This document shows positions 1 through 11,748 of a stretch of 64,000 nt of DNA, one piece after another. Each line of letters starts with the position of its first letter. Position 1 is the stretch's first letter. Location of the stretch: the NCBI RefSeq assembly GCF_006345805.1, contig NC_043009.1, positions 29,636,001 to 29,700,000 on the forward strand, written 5' to 3'. Made by a program: the position numbers and the translations under genes. Source of the stretch: Octopus sinensis (lineage: Eukaryota). The notes below the pieces were generated by a model that saw only the letters and a program-made list of their open reading frames with translations, was not told the DNA's origin and searched no databases.

Positions 1-30
1 CGGCGTGCCAAAGATTCTGCCAGCTCGCCG
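1..30 (-). mobile_element. 5' end of tRNA-derived SINE family A, cut by the window edge
   Basis: Reverse complement reads ggcgagctggcagaatctttggcacgccg, matching the heads of the copies at 3495, 23252 and 63682. Confidence 0.7.
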
Positions 31-279
31 GCTCACCGTGTGATGAAACAGTCAAATGGAAACGATTTACCAATTCTCATTTTTACAGAATCATGGAATG
101 AAGCACATAAATATTATAGCTCCTTTTGGATACATCAGTATTTGAAGAACCATTGCCTATTTCAGTGACATTAGCTGTGAAGAGCGTATGATCCTAGCCT
201 CTGTAGCAGTCGGTCAGTTCAACATTAACTGTGAGGTGTTAACTGGATTCTAATGTACAGGGAAATAAAATACGTAAGG

Positions 280-625
280 ATGATGATGGTGGTGAGCTTG
301 ATGTAGATTATGGTAATGGTAATGGTATTGATGGTGACGATATTGCTCTTGTTAACGGGTGGTGAAGACGATAATAATGGTCATGGGATTGGGAATATGG
401 TAATGCGGATACTGATGCTGATGATACTGCTGCTTATGTGACATTGACTGTACTAGAGATGACAGTTATAAATGTGGTGGTGATGACGACGGCGACGACG
501 GCGACGATCTTGATGACGATGACAACGACGATATTGATGGTATTGATGATGAAGATAATAACAATGAAGATGGTGATCAGGATGATGATGAGAACAACAA
601 CAACGATGACGATGTCGATGACTAA
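280..625. repeat. Degenerate (GAT/GAC/GGT)n low-complexity tract
   Basis: Visible trinucleotide periodicity; explains ORF 438-731. Confidence 0.8.
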
Positions 626-1389
626 AACATCATTTACACGTTATCTGCCGTTCGATCTGGTGTTGTCCGCATTAATATGGGAGAGAGACAACAGAGTCGA
701 TGATATGAATTTGACGTTAGTTTACAGTTGAACTTGAAGAGTTTTCAAAGACTTTGCCATTCCTGATTTTTATTTATTTATTTTTTTTGGAGGACCTCAA
801 ATTTATGACTGTAAAAGAACTTATATATTACCCCACTCCTTGTTCGGCGTAACAGCTAAATATCTGTCAGTGATATACCCTCTCCTCTTTGACACAGTCT
901 CTGTGCTTTATCTAAAACTTTCAACAACAGAATAACCCATAATATAGACTCTAATATCTGTGGTTTCAAATAAAAAAAGAACAAAAAAAGAGAAAAAGCT
1001 GATTAGACATTCTGCCTTATCCTATGTCACTATGCTAAAGGTCTATTCAGCTTCAGCAACAACTACATCAATAATAAAAACAAGAACAACGACATCAAAG
1101 ACAATATTGATGATAATCTTTTCTCCAAATGTCTGTTTATGTATGGCAGTAAATTGCTGTGGTTTCCCGAATAACTTGAGTGTAGTATCAATTATGATTA
1201 ACTTAAATAGGTTACAGGCTTAACATATTTCAGTAAGATTTGGAAATCGATAATTGGAAAACTCACTCCGTATATAATGTACGAGATATTTGTTGCCAAG
1301 TCATATAATCTGCAATATATGCATTATGTTTCTTTTGTCCGGTTTTACGCTACATACGATAACTGATAGCTTATCTATCGGATAATCAC

Positions 1390-1700
1390 CGACCATCACA
1401 TCGGACATTGTGTAATTGTCTTTCATGTTGAAACGCGTTTCTTACAAATGTCTAACAAGACCAGACTTTACCAAGCTTCCATCCAAACACACTTTCAGAG
1501 ATGCTTTTGGTTACATTTCAACTTTTCTGTGATAATAAAAAACGTCGTTTTCAGCTAAACCTAAGCAAATTGAATATTATAAGCTTCAACTTTAGTCTTG
1601 CCAAAATTTAGGTTATTAATAGAAATAACAGATATCTGTTATAGTCTGCTTTACAATGTGAATGTATTTATTCAGAGCAATGGTTCTAAAGTGATCTACA
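1390..1700 (-). mobile_element. Possible ancient RTE-clade LINE RT remnant
   Basis: Minus strand gives frameshifted pieces VDHFR, KTKVEAYN and FG(W)EAW, in the order of the RTE motifs VDxFxY, KTKLKVY and YGCEAW. Confidence 0.3.
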
Positions 1701-1943
1701 GAACAAATGTGTACCTCAAACAATAGCTGTTCAAAATATAATTTAAGGATGTAGAAAAAAATCAATATTAAATCTTGAAAATCTTGGAAGACATGCCTGT
1801 GCAGTTAAAATGGTTTTGATTTAAATACTACTGTAACTAAATTTGGTAGATATAAACAGACAGATATCCACGAAGAAAACAATTAAAAGTATGCAAACGG
1901 GGAAAACACCTTACTAAACACAAAAATAGTATCGCCCTTGAGT

Positions 1944-2006
1944 TGGTCAACGTGTGGCAAGGCTTGCATTTCTCAGGCTGGTTTCACTTCACGTCTCAGA
2001 ATTCAT
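1944..2006 (+). mobile_element. RTE-clade LINE C-terminal zinc-finger remnant
   Basis: Translates WSTCGKACISQAGFTSRLRIH, resembling the CxxCG...SxxGLxSHxRxH end of RTE ORF2 (compare 44405-44660). Confidence 0.45.
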
Positions 2007-2924
2007 CTTTATGTTGTTGGCCCAAAACACAAAGATTATTCTACTAGACATGCTCATACACTATATTTCTAATAAACATGAGTCATGTTATGATCAAAAA
2101 CGGCATTTAGATATCCATGTATCATGCTAGACAAACAACACTGTGTCAATTAATGTGGCACTATTTGTAATGCAATTTCCCACCACACTCGGAAGGTAAA
2201 AGTCACATGACAACAAATGGGCAAAGCATATCTAAGAAGAAGTGGTCAAGTTTCAAACTGGAGCGGACTAAGTTCATATATACAGGTTCGTGTCTTTATA
2301 CGTACGCCCTCATCGCATGGTAACCCACATGGGTTTGTTTACGTTCCCCTAAATTAGTAGTTCGGCAAAATGTCTGATAAAATAAGTGACAGATTTAAAA
2401 TTAACAATTCAGGTCCATTTGTTGCACAAAACCCTCCAATGTGGTTTAGTATGGCAGCAGTCCAACGTGTTAAGCCAATAAAATCACAACATATTGTAAC
2501 TATTTAACATTTTGACATCAGATTTTCAAGTTTACCATCTGAAGTTCATCATTGTTTTTCTGATCTGAAGAAGTTCACGGAATGAAAAAAAAAGACCAAG
2601 CATCTATGGCTTCGGAGGAGATAAAAATGAAAGCAATAATAATTAGTTTGTTGTGAAATAACTGTGAAACTTCGAATATTCTGACAAAAGCAACAAAGTT
2701 TGTGCAATGCATTTTGGCAATGTTTTCTTTTCCAAAAACATGATGTCAAAGTCAACCGAAACTGCTGGATACAGGAGGGAATGTGATCTTTGGTACTCAG
2801 GAAATATTATTGAATGGAAACGGAAATAACAAAGAGAACGTTGATGAGATGATATACCAGAGGTGGAGTGGAAATAATAGCATTCACAATAGTATTAGTG
2901 CACAGTTAAAAGCCAAAAACAGTG

Positions 2925-3091
2925 GTAGTAACAGTAGCAGCAGCAGCGGCGAAAGTAGTAATGGCAGTACGTGTTGTAGCAGCAGCAGCGGCAGCAGCAG
3001 TAGTAGTAATAGTAGTAGTAGTAGTAGTAGTAGTAGCAGCAGCAACAGCGGCGAAAGTAGTATTGGTGGCAGTACTAATTGTAGTAGTAGC

Positions 3092-3146
<55 letters not shown>

Positions 3147-3180
3147 ATAGTAGTAGTAGTAGTAGCAGCAGCAGCAGCCG
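2925..3180. repeat. (AGT)n/(AGC)n compound microsatellite
   Basis: Directly visible; generates the poly-S/L/V/T ORFs. Confidence 0.95.
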
Positions 3181-3494
3181 CAGGAATAACAGCAATAACT
3201 TTTATCGTCATTATGAGCGTCATGATAATCATTATTAGACATGTGTTAATGGCGGTGAAAATTTGTTTGATTTTGTAGAATTTCAGAAGCCAACCAGTGT
3301 GCGAATTTGTTGGAGCAGAGAACCAAATGACGTGGACTAATTGTTCCGGTTTTCTGTTCTCTGAGTTCAAATGTTGCCGAAAACAAATTTGCTTTCATCC
3401 TTTCTACGTCAATAAAAGAATAAGTTAATATATTATTAGTTTGACAGAACTGTCTGTCTGTTACACAAAAGCTATTACAATGTTTGTTGTTGAA

Positions 3495-3697
3495 GGCGGC
3501 GAGTTGGCAGAATAGTTAGCACTCGGGGCAAACTGCTTAGCAGCGTTTCGTCTGTCGTCACGTTCTGAGTTCGAATTGCGCGGAGGTCTACCTTGCCTTT
3601 CATCCCTTCGGGGTCGATAACATAAGAACCAGTTCAACATAGGTGTTGATGCAATAGACTGAACCCCTCCCCTGAAACTGGAACCCACGTGCCAGAA
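3495..3697 (+). mobile_element. tRNA-derived SINE family A
   Basis: Head ggcggcgagttggcagaatagttagcac, B-box-like gagttcgaatt, body ccttgcctttcatcccttcggggtcgataa; multiple copies in the window. Confidence 0.85.
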
Positions 3698-4650
3698 TAA
3701 TAAAGATGTTTCCGTTCTTCGTGTGCTATAGTAATGGGTGGTATACTTATCCCACAGCCGAATCATCAAAACCGTTTAGTCCTTGGGTGATTCCATGAGA
3801 ATACGTCGTCTCATAAGCATTTGGGCATCTTTGGTTTGAGAATAACTGATTTCCAGCATCACAGAAACCCTAAAAAATATAAGCAAACGGTAAAATATTA
3901 TAAACGGAACTTAAAACATTTCTGAGATTGGTTAAATTGCAAGATCAAGAGTGACCTGGCAAGAGGAATGGTATATAGTAACTTTAATTGTTCTCTGTCA
4001 GGAAAGGTATCAATCTGATATTTAAAGCTGCAAGACACTTGTCAAGGAAGAGAAAATAAAATCATGTAGCATGTTGGCATCTCTTGATATATACATTTTC
4101 ATTGTAACTCCATTCATATAAATATACACATCTTGTACACATCATTCTAGATAACTTCTCTATAAGCAACTTATCTACAATGATATATACAGGTTTCAGA
4201 AATTTTCAATTCTGAATTTTATTATAAGAAGAATCTATATATTTACAAAGAACTGAAATTACAAGTAAGAATATATGCTGCGGGATTCCTGTAGAAATTA
4301 AGTATTGTGATAGTCACAGAATATTGTCTTCTCCACAAACCTCTTACTATATAAGTAATATATTTATTACTCACCAAGAAATTATGATTTGGAAATGGAA
4401 CTCGTTGCCGTAACAATATTAAAAATTCGTCAAATTGTATCAATATAAGTATTTATATATGACTGTGAATGTGTTGGAATTTGTGTGCGAGCTGTAGGAT
4501 AGAACATGATCAAAGTCAAAGGGTGGTCTAACGAAAATAGACGTGGAATTACGTTCATGTTTGAAAATATGTCTGCGAGAGTATACATATATACAAACGC
4601 ATATATACTCACACAAATATACATATACATATAACATATGTCTAGATATG

Positions 4651-4710
<60 letters not shown>

Positions 4711-4917
4711 ATACGCATACTCACACGCACAGAGGCATATATTCACTAATAAACGTGATTATATAAATATACGTGAGCAATATGTTGAAATGCAGTAATG
4801 AATTTATATTCGCATTTTATATATGTAGTAGCAAATTCGTATATATGCATGTGGTATATTTATATCTATCTATATGTGTATATATATTTAACTATCAGTT
4901 TATCCATTTATATGCAT

Positions 4918-5000
<83 letters not shown>

Positions 5001-5005
5001 CATAT

Positions 5006-5357
5006 ATATTATTAGTGAATTGAAGAAATGGAGTTGAACGAAGATTGACCAGAAATCGTTTTATTGCATTCTACACGTGTTTCGAAAGGCACAATTTACC
5101 AAATTCCGATTGAATAAGGAGACCATATTGTGTCTTTCTCTTCAGGAAGAAATAGGAAGATTTCTGTTCAATCTTCGTTCAACTCCATTTCTTCAATTCA
5201 CTAATAATATTAAAATTCAATTATCCGCACCAACGCACGGTTGCAACACCATATGGTTGTACCTCCAACCGTGCTGTCTTCTGCTGTGATTTTTGCTACC
5301 AAGGTATCGGTTAAACTTTTGATTAATCTGCAACAAGATTATTCATCTTTCTATTTC

Positions 5358-5360
<3 letters not shown>
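5006..5360. mobile_element. Fold-back insert with Penelope-like pseudo-LTR architecture
   Basis: 52-bp inverted arms 5006-5057 and 5159-5210 (1 mismatch), HHR in the spacer, one-sided extension to 5360, microsatellites on both sides. Confidence 0.65.
5069..5148 (-). ncRNA. Type I hammerhead ribozyme motif with long stem II
   Basis: ttc-CUGAAGA-gaaag(a)cacaat..attgtg(c)ctttc-GAAA-C-acgt-G-UA/gaa; predicted cut between 5072 and 5071. Confidence 0.75.
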
Positions 5361-5399
<39 letters not shown>

Positions 5400-5750
5400 A
5401 ATATATGTATATGTTAGTATATGTGTGTAGCAGTGTAGAAATGAGAGCATGGTTTATATAAACTTGTTTAAGTTAGAATGTAAATATGGCTGTCTATGTA
5501 ATAGATAAGCGAGGAAATATGAAATAAATTATATAATAATTATAAAAAAAAAGGAATCGTGCAGCAAATTTTTTCTAATCGATCAAAATTTTTTTATGTT
5601 AATATTTTAACATGAGTCGGAATAACAATCTCGTTGCAAAAGTAAAATTGAACTCATCACCGCCACAAAAAAAATATATATATATATAAATATATAGACA
5701 TACATACGTTAATATACATCCACTCGCGCGTGCACACAAACAGAAAGCAT

Positions 5751-6031
5751 GAAGATACGTTCGCTTTTATCCTTCGAAACGTCGAGTAGATGAAACCTTT
5801 AGCGACTGAAGAAGGGTTTTTTTCGTTGTATTAATTGTCCTGTACTCTATTCTTTTGTTGTTTTTAAAAAAATGTCCAGTTCCTTTGGCTTGTGTCTATG
5901 TTTTCGTTTATCATTGTGTTCGACGTCGTTTTGGTGTCCTGTACTCATATATGCGTGTATATGTACATGTAGAGGTAGGTACGTACATATATGTTTATAT
6001 ATATGCATATGTTTTATTTTATTTATTAATA
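5751..6031 (+). repeat. Upstream copy of a ~281-bp direct repeat (partial tandem pseudo-LTR-like)
   Basis: Aligns to 6591-6872 with about 13 differences by manual count. Confidence 0.9.
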
Positions 6032-6059
6032 TATTTATGATGAAACGCACGCACCCCCT

Positions 6060-6869
6060 TAAGTAAGATTGTTCTTTATATCAAGTTTTTGTTCTTGATA
6101 TTAACTTTGACGCGCACTCTTAACCTTTCTGTCCCATCCCTTTCTCAGTCTTCATTCTTTGATATCCTTTTCCTCTAATTAACTTGTCTCTTCCTCTCTC
6201 TCATTCTTCACTCTCTCTCCCCCTCTCAATTCTTCATGGTTTCCTCGCAGCCATTCCCCTTCTTCTCTCCCTTTCTCTTGCTCCTCCCCCCTTCCCGTCG
6301 TTCACCCGCGACATGACTTCCGCTGCTGTCTCTCTGGCCTGGCCCTCTCAAGGTAATGGACGACATTCTTTTTGCTCCGCTCGTCGTTCATAAAAAATTC
6401 TGCGTTCGCAATACTTTTTTTCGTTCGGCGTTAACAGCCCTTCTTATCTTGTTTTTCCTTGTCCTGTCTTTTACTGTTTATAATTTGTACTGTCGTTACT
6501 GTCCTGTTTTTGTTACCATTTTTTACCCCTCTGGAAAAGATCTCAGAATTTTAATTGATTTGCTTTTCGCAGGAAGGAAAGTTTCTTGTCGAAGATACGT
6601 CTCGCTTTTATTCTTCGAAACGTAGAGTAGATGAAACCTTTAGCGACTGAAGAAGGGTTTTTTTCTTTGTGTTAATTGTCCTGTACTCTATTTTTTTGCT
6701 GTTTTTAAAAAAATGTCCAGTTCCTTTCGTTTGTGTCTATGTTTTCGTTTCTCATTGTGTTCGACGTCCTTTCGGTGTCCTGTACTCATATATGCGTTTA
6801 TATGTACATGTAGAGGTAGGTACGTACATATATGTTTATATATATGCATATGTTTTATTTTATTTATTA

Positions 6870-6872
<3 letters not shown>
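6060..6872 (+). mobile_element. Non-coding repeat unit ending in (TA)n, Penelope/retrozyme-like
   Basis: Contains a GT-AG intron-like segment (6353-6572), then the HHR-like motif and the second direct-repeat copy; abuts (TA)n at 6873. The 5' boundary is approximate. Confidence 0.55.
6596..6658 (+). ncRNA. Non-circularly permuted hammerhead-like motif (family 1)
   Basis: tacg-UC/tcgct..GAAA-cgta..agcga-CUGAAGA: 5-bp stem III and 5-bp stem I; stem II is imperfect in the canonical register. Confidence 0.6.
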
Positions 6873-6917
<45 letters not shown>

Positions 6918-8600
6918 TCAATTATAAAGAAATATTTTAATTTCGAATTGAAGAATCAGTCAGTACTTATTTTGATATGAACAAGAAAAATATTGACTGT
7001 GATATCGAAGTTTTGGCTTACTTGCCATTGCTGACTTTGTTTAATTTTTCAAACTTAATCATCTTTTTGCGTGGGGTTTGTATTCGTCGTATGGAGCTAT
7101 CGGTATAAAAATTACGTATGCTGTAAATATTTTATGTATGGTGACAGAAGTGGTTGTAGATATATATATATAATGTTTGAATGAAGCAGAGAAGATGGAA
7201 GTACATATATGTAATGTTTGAATGGAAAGGAGAGAAGAGATATATATTTTAGACTTAACATAAATTTATGTCCTTTGTTAGCAGCTGGCAGTGTGTATAG
7301 CATAATTTTATTTATAACCATGTCAGCTGCTGCAGTATCTTTTGCGCAACATCTAAAACAATTGTTATAATATGGCTGCAGCTCACACTGCAACTTCATA
7401 CAGCTTCGTGGTGCTCTCCTTAACTGAAGGCGCATTTTGGCTTATGGATGTCTCTGTATGACTTTCTCCTACCTTGTTGGCTGAGAGGAGATTGATTATT
7501 ACTACGGGTTCTGCTCTGCCTGAGATTTGGATGCATAAAGCGCCAGTTACTCTATATTTCTGCATACAAGCAGACATTTTATGTAGAATTTGGAGAGGGT
7601 TCGCATTTCATGTTCTGTTTTTGTTGCTTATGCATTTAGTAGTTTTAAAGTTAAATTCCGTTTCATTAGTCTTTCGGGGTTTTTTTCCCCTCCGATCCGA
7701 GAGGCTGTGTTGGGGCTGGATCTCTTTGGTGCTTCCGTTTCCTTTTCTCCTCTTACACCTTTCTGGATATTTTCGTTAACAGATAATGAACTCGTTTCAT
7801 TGTTTTTGTTGTTGTTGTTGTTGCCTTCATTTCTCTGAATTTTGCTTGGAACTTCAATATTAGTACGTCTCTGTGTGTGTGTGTACTCACACACACACAC
7901 GCACACACAAAAACACACACATCCATTGGTGGGTGTGCGTGCCTTTGTGGATGTGTGTGTGTATGTGTAAGTGTGTGTGATCGCCATTTCGCGTCTTTTT
8001 ATCCCAGCTTACATGGATCGAAAGGAATTACCTGGTTCCAAATAAAATATTTCCCCATGACCAGTCATGCTCTGCCCACGAACAGGCTCTGCTTGCATTA
8101 CGGTGAGACTCGTTTACCACTATCACGGGATGCCAAATCAAAAAGACAGTAACACATGCGCACACATATACACACGCTTGCATACACCCACCCACACACC
8201 CACAACAACTGTAAGGCTTATATCAATATCATACACAAAGACAAAAAAAAACACACTTGGTGCTAATTTTATCCAACACAGGATTACACCGTTAAATATT
8301 GATTACTTGGAACATGGCAAATACCTTAAGGATGGTGAAAAAATATTTTAAAAGAAATATATTGGAGCGAATTTCTATACTTTTGTTTTTACATAATTTT
8401 TGTCATTTGGTTGGAAGGGAAAATCAAAAATACATTTAACTTCCTTTTCATGCTATTTTCAACGAAGTCATTTTTACACACAACACCGTTTACACTGCTG
8501 CTTTAGAGGATGGTTTATCCCAAAGCAACAGGTTTTACGCTTAAAATTTAAGTAAGCCACAAGTATATTTAATACCCTATCTGCAGTTTGCATTTATTCC

Positions 8601-8670
<70 letters not shown>

Positions 8671-8782
8671 TTATGTGTGTATGTGTGTGTGTGTGCATAT
8701 GTATGTGTGTGTGTGTGTGCGTTTGTGTGTGAATGTGTGTGTGTGAGTAGATGGGCATATAGATAGATAGATAGATAGATAT

Positions 8783-9043
8783 GTAACCCAACGATAAGGA
8801 TTAACATATTAGTATAGCATAAATTTAACGTGTATTTGTCTGAGTACTCCACAGACACGCATATCCTTATTCAGCGTGACACAGAATATGACAAAAACTG
8901 GCCCCCTTTGAACTATAGATAAAACTCATTTTGCCGTCTAAGTGGATAAGAGTAACATGAAATGAAAGGACTTGCTCAAGAAAACAACGCGCCACTGGGA
9001 ATCCAACCGACGTTCGTGAGCCGAATGCCCAAACCACTAACCC
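8783..9043 (-). mobile_element. tRNA-derived SINE family C
   Basis: Minus strand head gggttagtggtttgggcattcgg..ggttggattccc, then cttgagcaag..ccacttagacggcaaaatgag core and ctgtgtcacgctgaa..gtctgtggagtactcag body. Confidence 0.7.
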
Positions 9044-10674
9044 ACGTACCTTTGCATGTATATGTGTGTGTATGTGTGTATGTGTATGTGTGTATGTGTA
9101 TGTGTGTATGTGTGTGTATGCATATATTTATGTACAATGACAAACTTGTTCATAGAAATGAACACAGTAAAAAATATCAATGGCGAATAATGGTAGAAAT
9201 ATCACAAGTCAGACATCCTGTTACAACAATGCTACGTTTCAGAGAAAGAAGAAGCAAAAGAAAATATATTGAATCTGCTTCTAGCAATTACACAAAAAGA
9301 AAAGTGAATGAAACAATAATGGACGTGCATATTATTAACGTTTCTTTCACAGAAAATTTTCTTTAAAATATCAAATATTTCGTTAAATCATATGATTAAC
9401 AAATGGGTGACAAATATGCTGAGTCATGTTAAAATCATCATTAGAGTAACACAGTACATGCATATGGATAATCACGTTGGAAGTTCATTGCTACAATTAA
9501 TAAACTAACAATTAAATTCATGTTGTTCACATCATTTATAATTAAAATTCCGTTCTGATGTTGCATTATTAACATTATTAAGTGAATTCCAAAGATTTTA
9601 CATCTATCACTCAATGAAGCATTTTGAAACGTTCCTTGTTTGGGCCATATTCTGACAATTCTGATTTGTGGTTAAATTTAACATATTTAAGTTTATGCAT
9701 TTGTTTTGCAAGATATGAAATTGTGTGTGATGAGGGACTGCTTTGCCTGGATAGAGTTGGCAGGCTGTCTACCAACATTTTGCCCGACTTGTCTGTGGGG
9801 AAGCACACAGCCTTCCTATTTTTTGTGCGATATATGAGTTTGTGCAGGCCACTTGCTGTACCTCTTTCCTACTCTGTCTTCTCGTATACTGTTTCAAAAT
9901 CTGTCTACGTTTTGTTCCAGCTGCGGTGAACTGTGTTTCACTTTCGTCCTTTGTCTGTTGCGGTATACAAACCCATTTGTTGAAAGGTAGGGTTGTCGAT
10001 TAAATGCGACTGATATCGTGCGACTTAACACATGGATTTAAAAATAGAGTATGTTGTTTTACGGACTCTTTAAAGGTTCAAAAGGAAAAAAAATATCTAT
10101 TTTTGTTTTGGATTATATTTGGATAATTTTCGTTTTGTTACCTCTTTATATGATGGCTGCGCTTGAAAATATTGAAAATATGATGTAATTATATTCTAAT
10201 GTTCCGCATATGTATAAATACATATTTATATATAAACATTACCCGTTGTACAGATATAGAGTGTGTGATTGGTTTATACGTTAAATTTGCTGCAGAACTT
10301 CGTCCTGTACAATGCTCCCCAAGTGACGCAGAGTTTCAAAGAACAGCTGAGTGCTAAAAACTAGTCGAGACCACTTGCCTTGGAATCATCGAGAGAGCTT
10401 TCCTCGCAGGTAAACCTCAGTAAATTTGGCATATAAACTAAACACATACACTATATATGTGCGAATGATAATGTTAACAATATTAGAGCAGTTTTTAATT
10501 CGTAACACACACGCACACTTTTTATAAGAAACAGGTTTATATTATGATGAAGTAGCCGAAAATTGGAAATATCTGTTACTATTTTCCATATAACTACAGT
10601 AAATATATTACACTACTGTAAAGCAATTAGAGCTTCTTTGATTTACTACTGAACAATTGAATTTTTCATACATA

Positions 10675-11557
10675 CAAGGTGGTGTCAAAAAATTCCCGGA
10701 TTGGTTCTGTAATGCGTCAACAGATGGCAGCACACGGTTGCATGTGCAGTGATAGCAAGCAGTGATATTCATGAGATAATATTCCGAATGACATCGCAGT
10801 GTTTACTTCGCTACTTGTGAAATTTGTGTTTTTGTGATCCCATGTATGCCGTAGACTGCGATTTTTACCATGGACAAGAAGTTGGAATACAGAGTCAACG
10901 AGAAATTTTGCGGTAAACTTGGGACATCTGCTACAGAGCCAATAAGCATACTTCCGCAAGTATATCGCGACGAGGCAAAGGGTCGTAGGCAATGTATTGA
11001 GTGGCACTGGCGCTTTAAAAGGCACTACAGAACCGCAGCTCAACCAGGCCCACTGCTGTTTTCGGCATCCTAAGTATTATGCATCGACAATTCGTCCGTC
11101 ATGACCAGACCGCTACACCGAGAGTTCTACTGCGACGTTTTGATGTGTTTCAGGGAGGACATTCGTCAAAAGTGGTCTGATTTTGGAAGCGTAAAGAATT
11201 GAATTTTTAACGACGACAATACAGAACTCTCTTCATTCGTGAGTTTCTCACCGAAAACAACATGGTATCACCTCTGCACCCACCCTGTTCGCCAAATTTA
11301 GCAACTGTGGACTTCCATCTCTTACTCAAAATGAAAATGCAGTTCCAAGATCACTGTTTCACGAATCGCAGAAGGTCCTCGACTCACTGACGGAAAGCAA
11401 CTTCCAGGCCAGATTCAATATGTAGCAGGAAGGCTGGGACCGGTGTATTGATGTAGAAGGTGACTTTTTCGAAACAAGTGATTCTAAAACTTAGATAAAT
11501 AAGTTATTTTTTATTAAACATAACTAGCCCGTCCGGAAAACTTATGATACCTCCTCG
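10675..11557 (+). mobile_element. Mariner (Tc1/mariner) DNA transposon, internally deleted
   Basis: Imperfect ~30-bp TIRs (caaggtggtgtcaaaaaattcccgga / tccggaaaacttatgatacctcctcg), TA duplication at 10673-74 and 11558-59, transposase remnants inside. Confidence 0.9.
10870..11475 (+). pseudogene. Mariner transposase pseudogene
   Basis: N-terminus MDKKLEYRVNEKFCGKLGTSATE..RRQCIEWHWRFK; HPPCSPNLATVDF (YSPDL motif); C-terminal WDRCIDVEGDFFE. The central part is missing and there are stops and frameshifts. Confidence 0.85.
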
Positions 11558-11601
11558 TAACTATGCATATATATAAATATATGCATCTCTCTCTCTCCCC
11601 C

Positions 11602-11642
<41 letters not shown>

Positions 11643-11644
<2 letters not shown>

Positions 11645-11748
11645 CGTTAAACCCTCCTTCTTCCCTTCTTTCCTGAGCGTCCGATAATACTATATTTGTT
11701 CCACGTCCTCGCGTTGTTGTGTTTTTTTGTGTTTTTTGCTTGGATTAA
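11643..11748. repeat. ~105-bp unique insert splitting a (TA)n tract
   Basis: aacgttaaaccctcc..cttggattaac is flanked on both sides by (TA)n, like the other pseudo-LTR-type inserts. No complete HHR is visible. Confidence 0.4.

Noticed and set aside
3747-3869. Minus-strand terminal-exon candidate (GFCDAGNQLFSNQRCPNAY..)
   Set aside because: No recognisable homology and no linked upstream exon.
7473-7559. Minus-strand 87-nt exon candidate (KYRVTGALCIQISGRAEPVVIINLLSANK)
   Set aside because: Only moderate splice sites and no recognisable product.
9715-9837. Cys-rich peptide DCFAWIELAGCLPTFCPTCLWG faintly resembling the PLAC8 motif
   Set aside because: Spacing differs, the similarity stops immediately, and there is no donor site before the stop.
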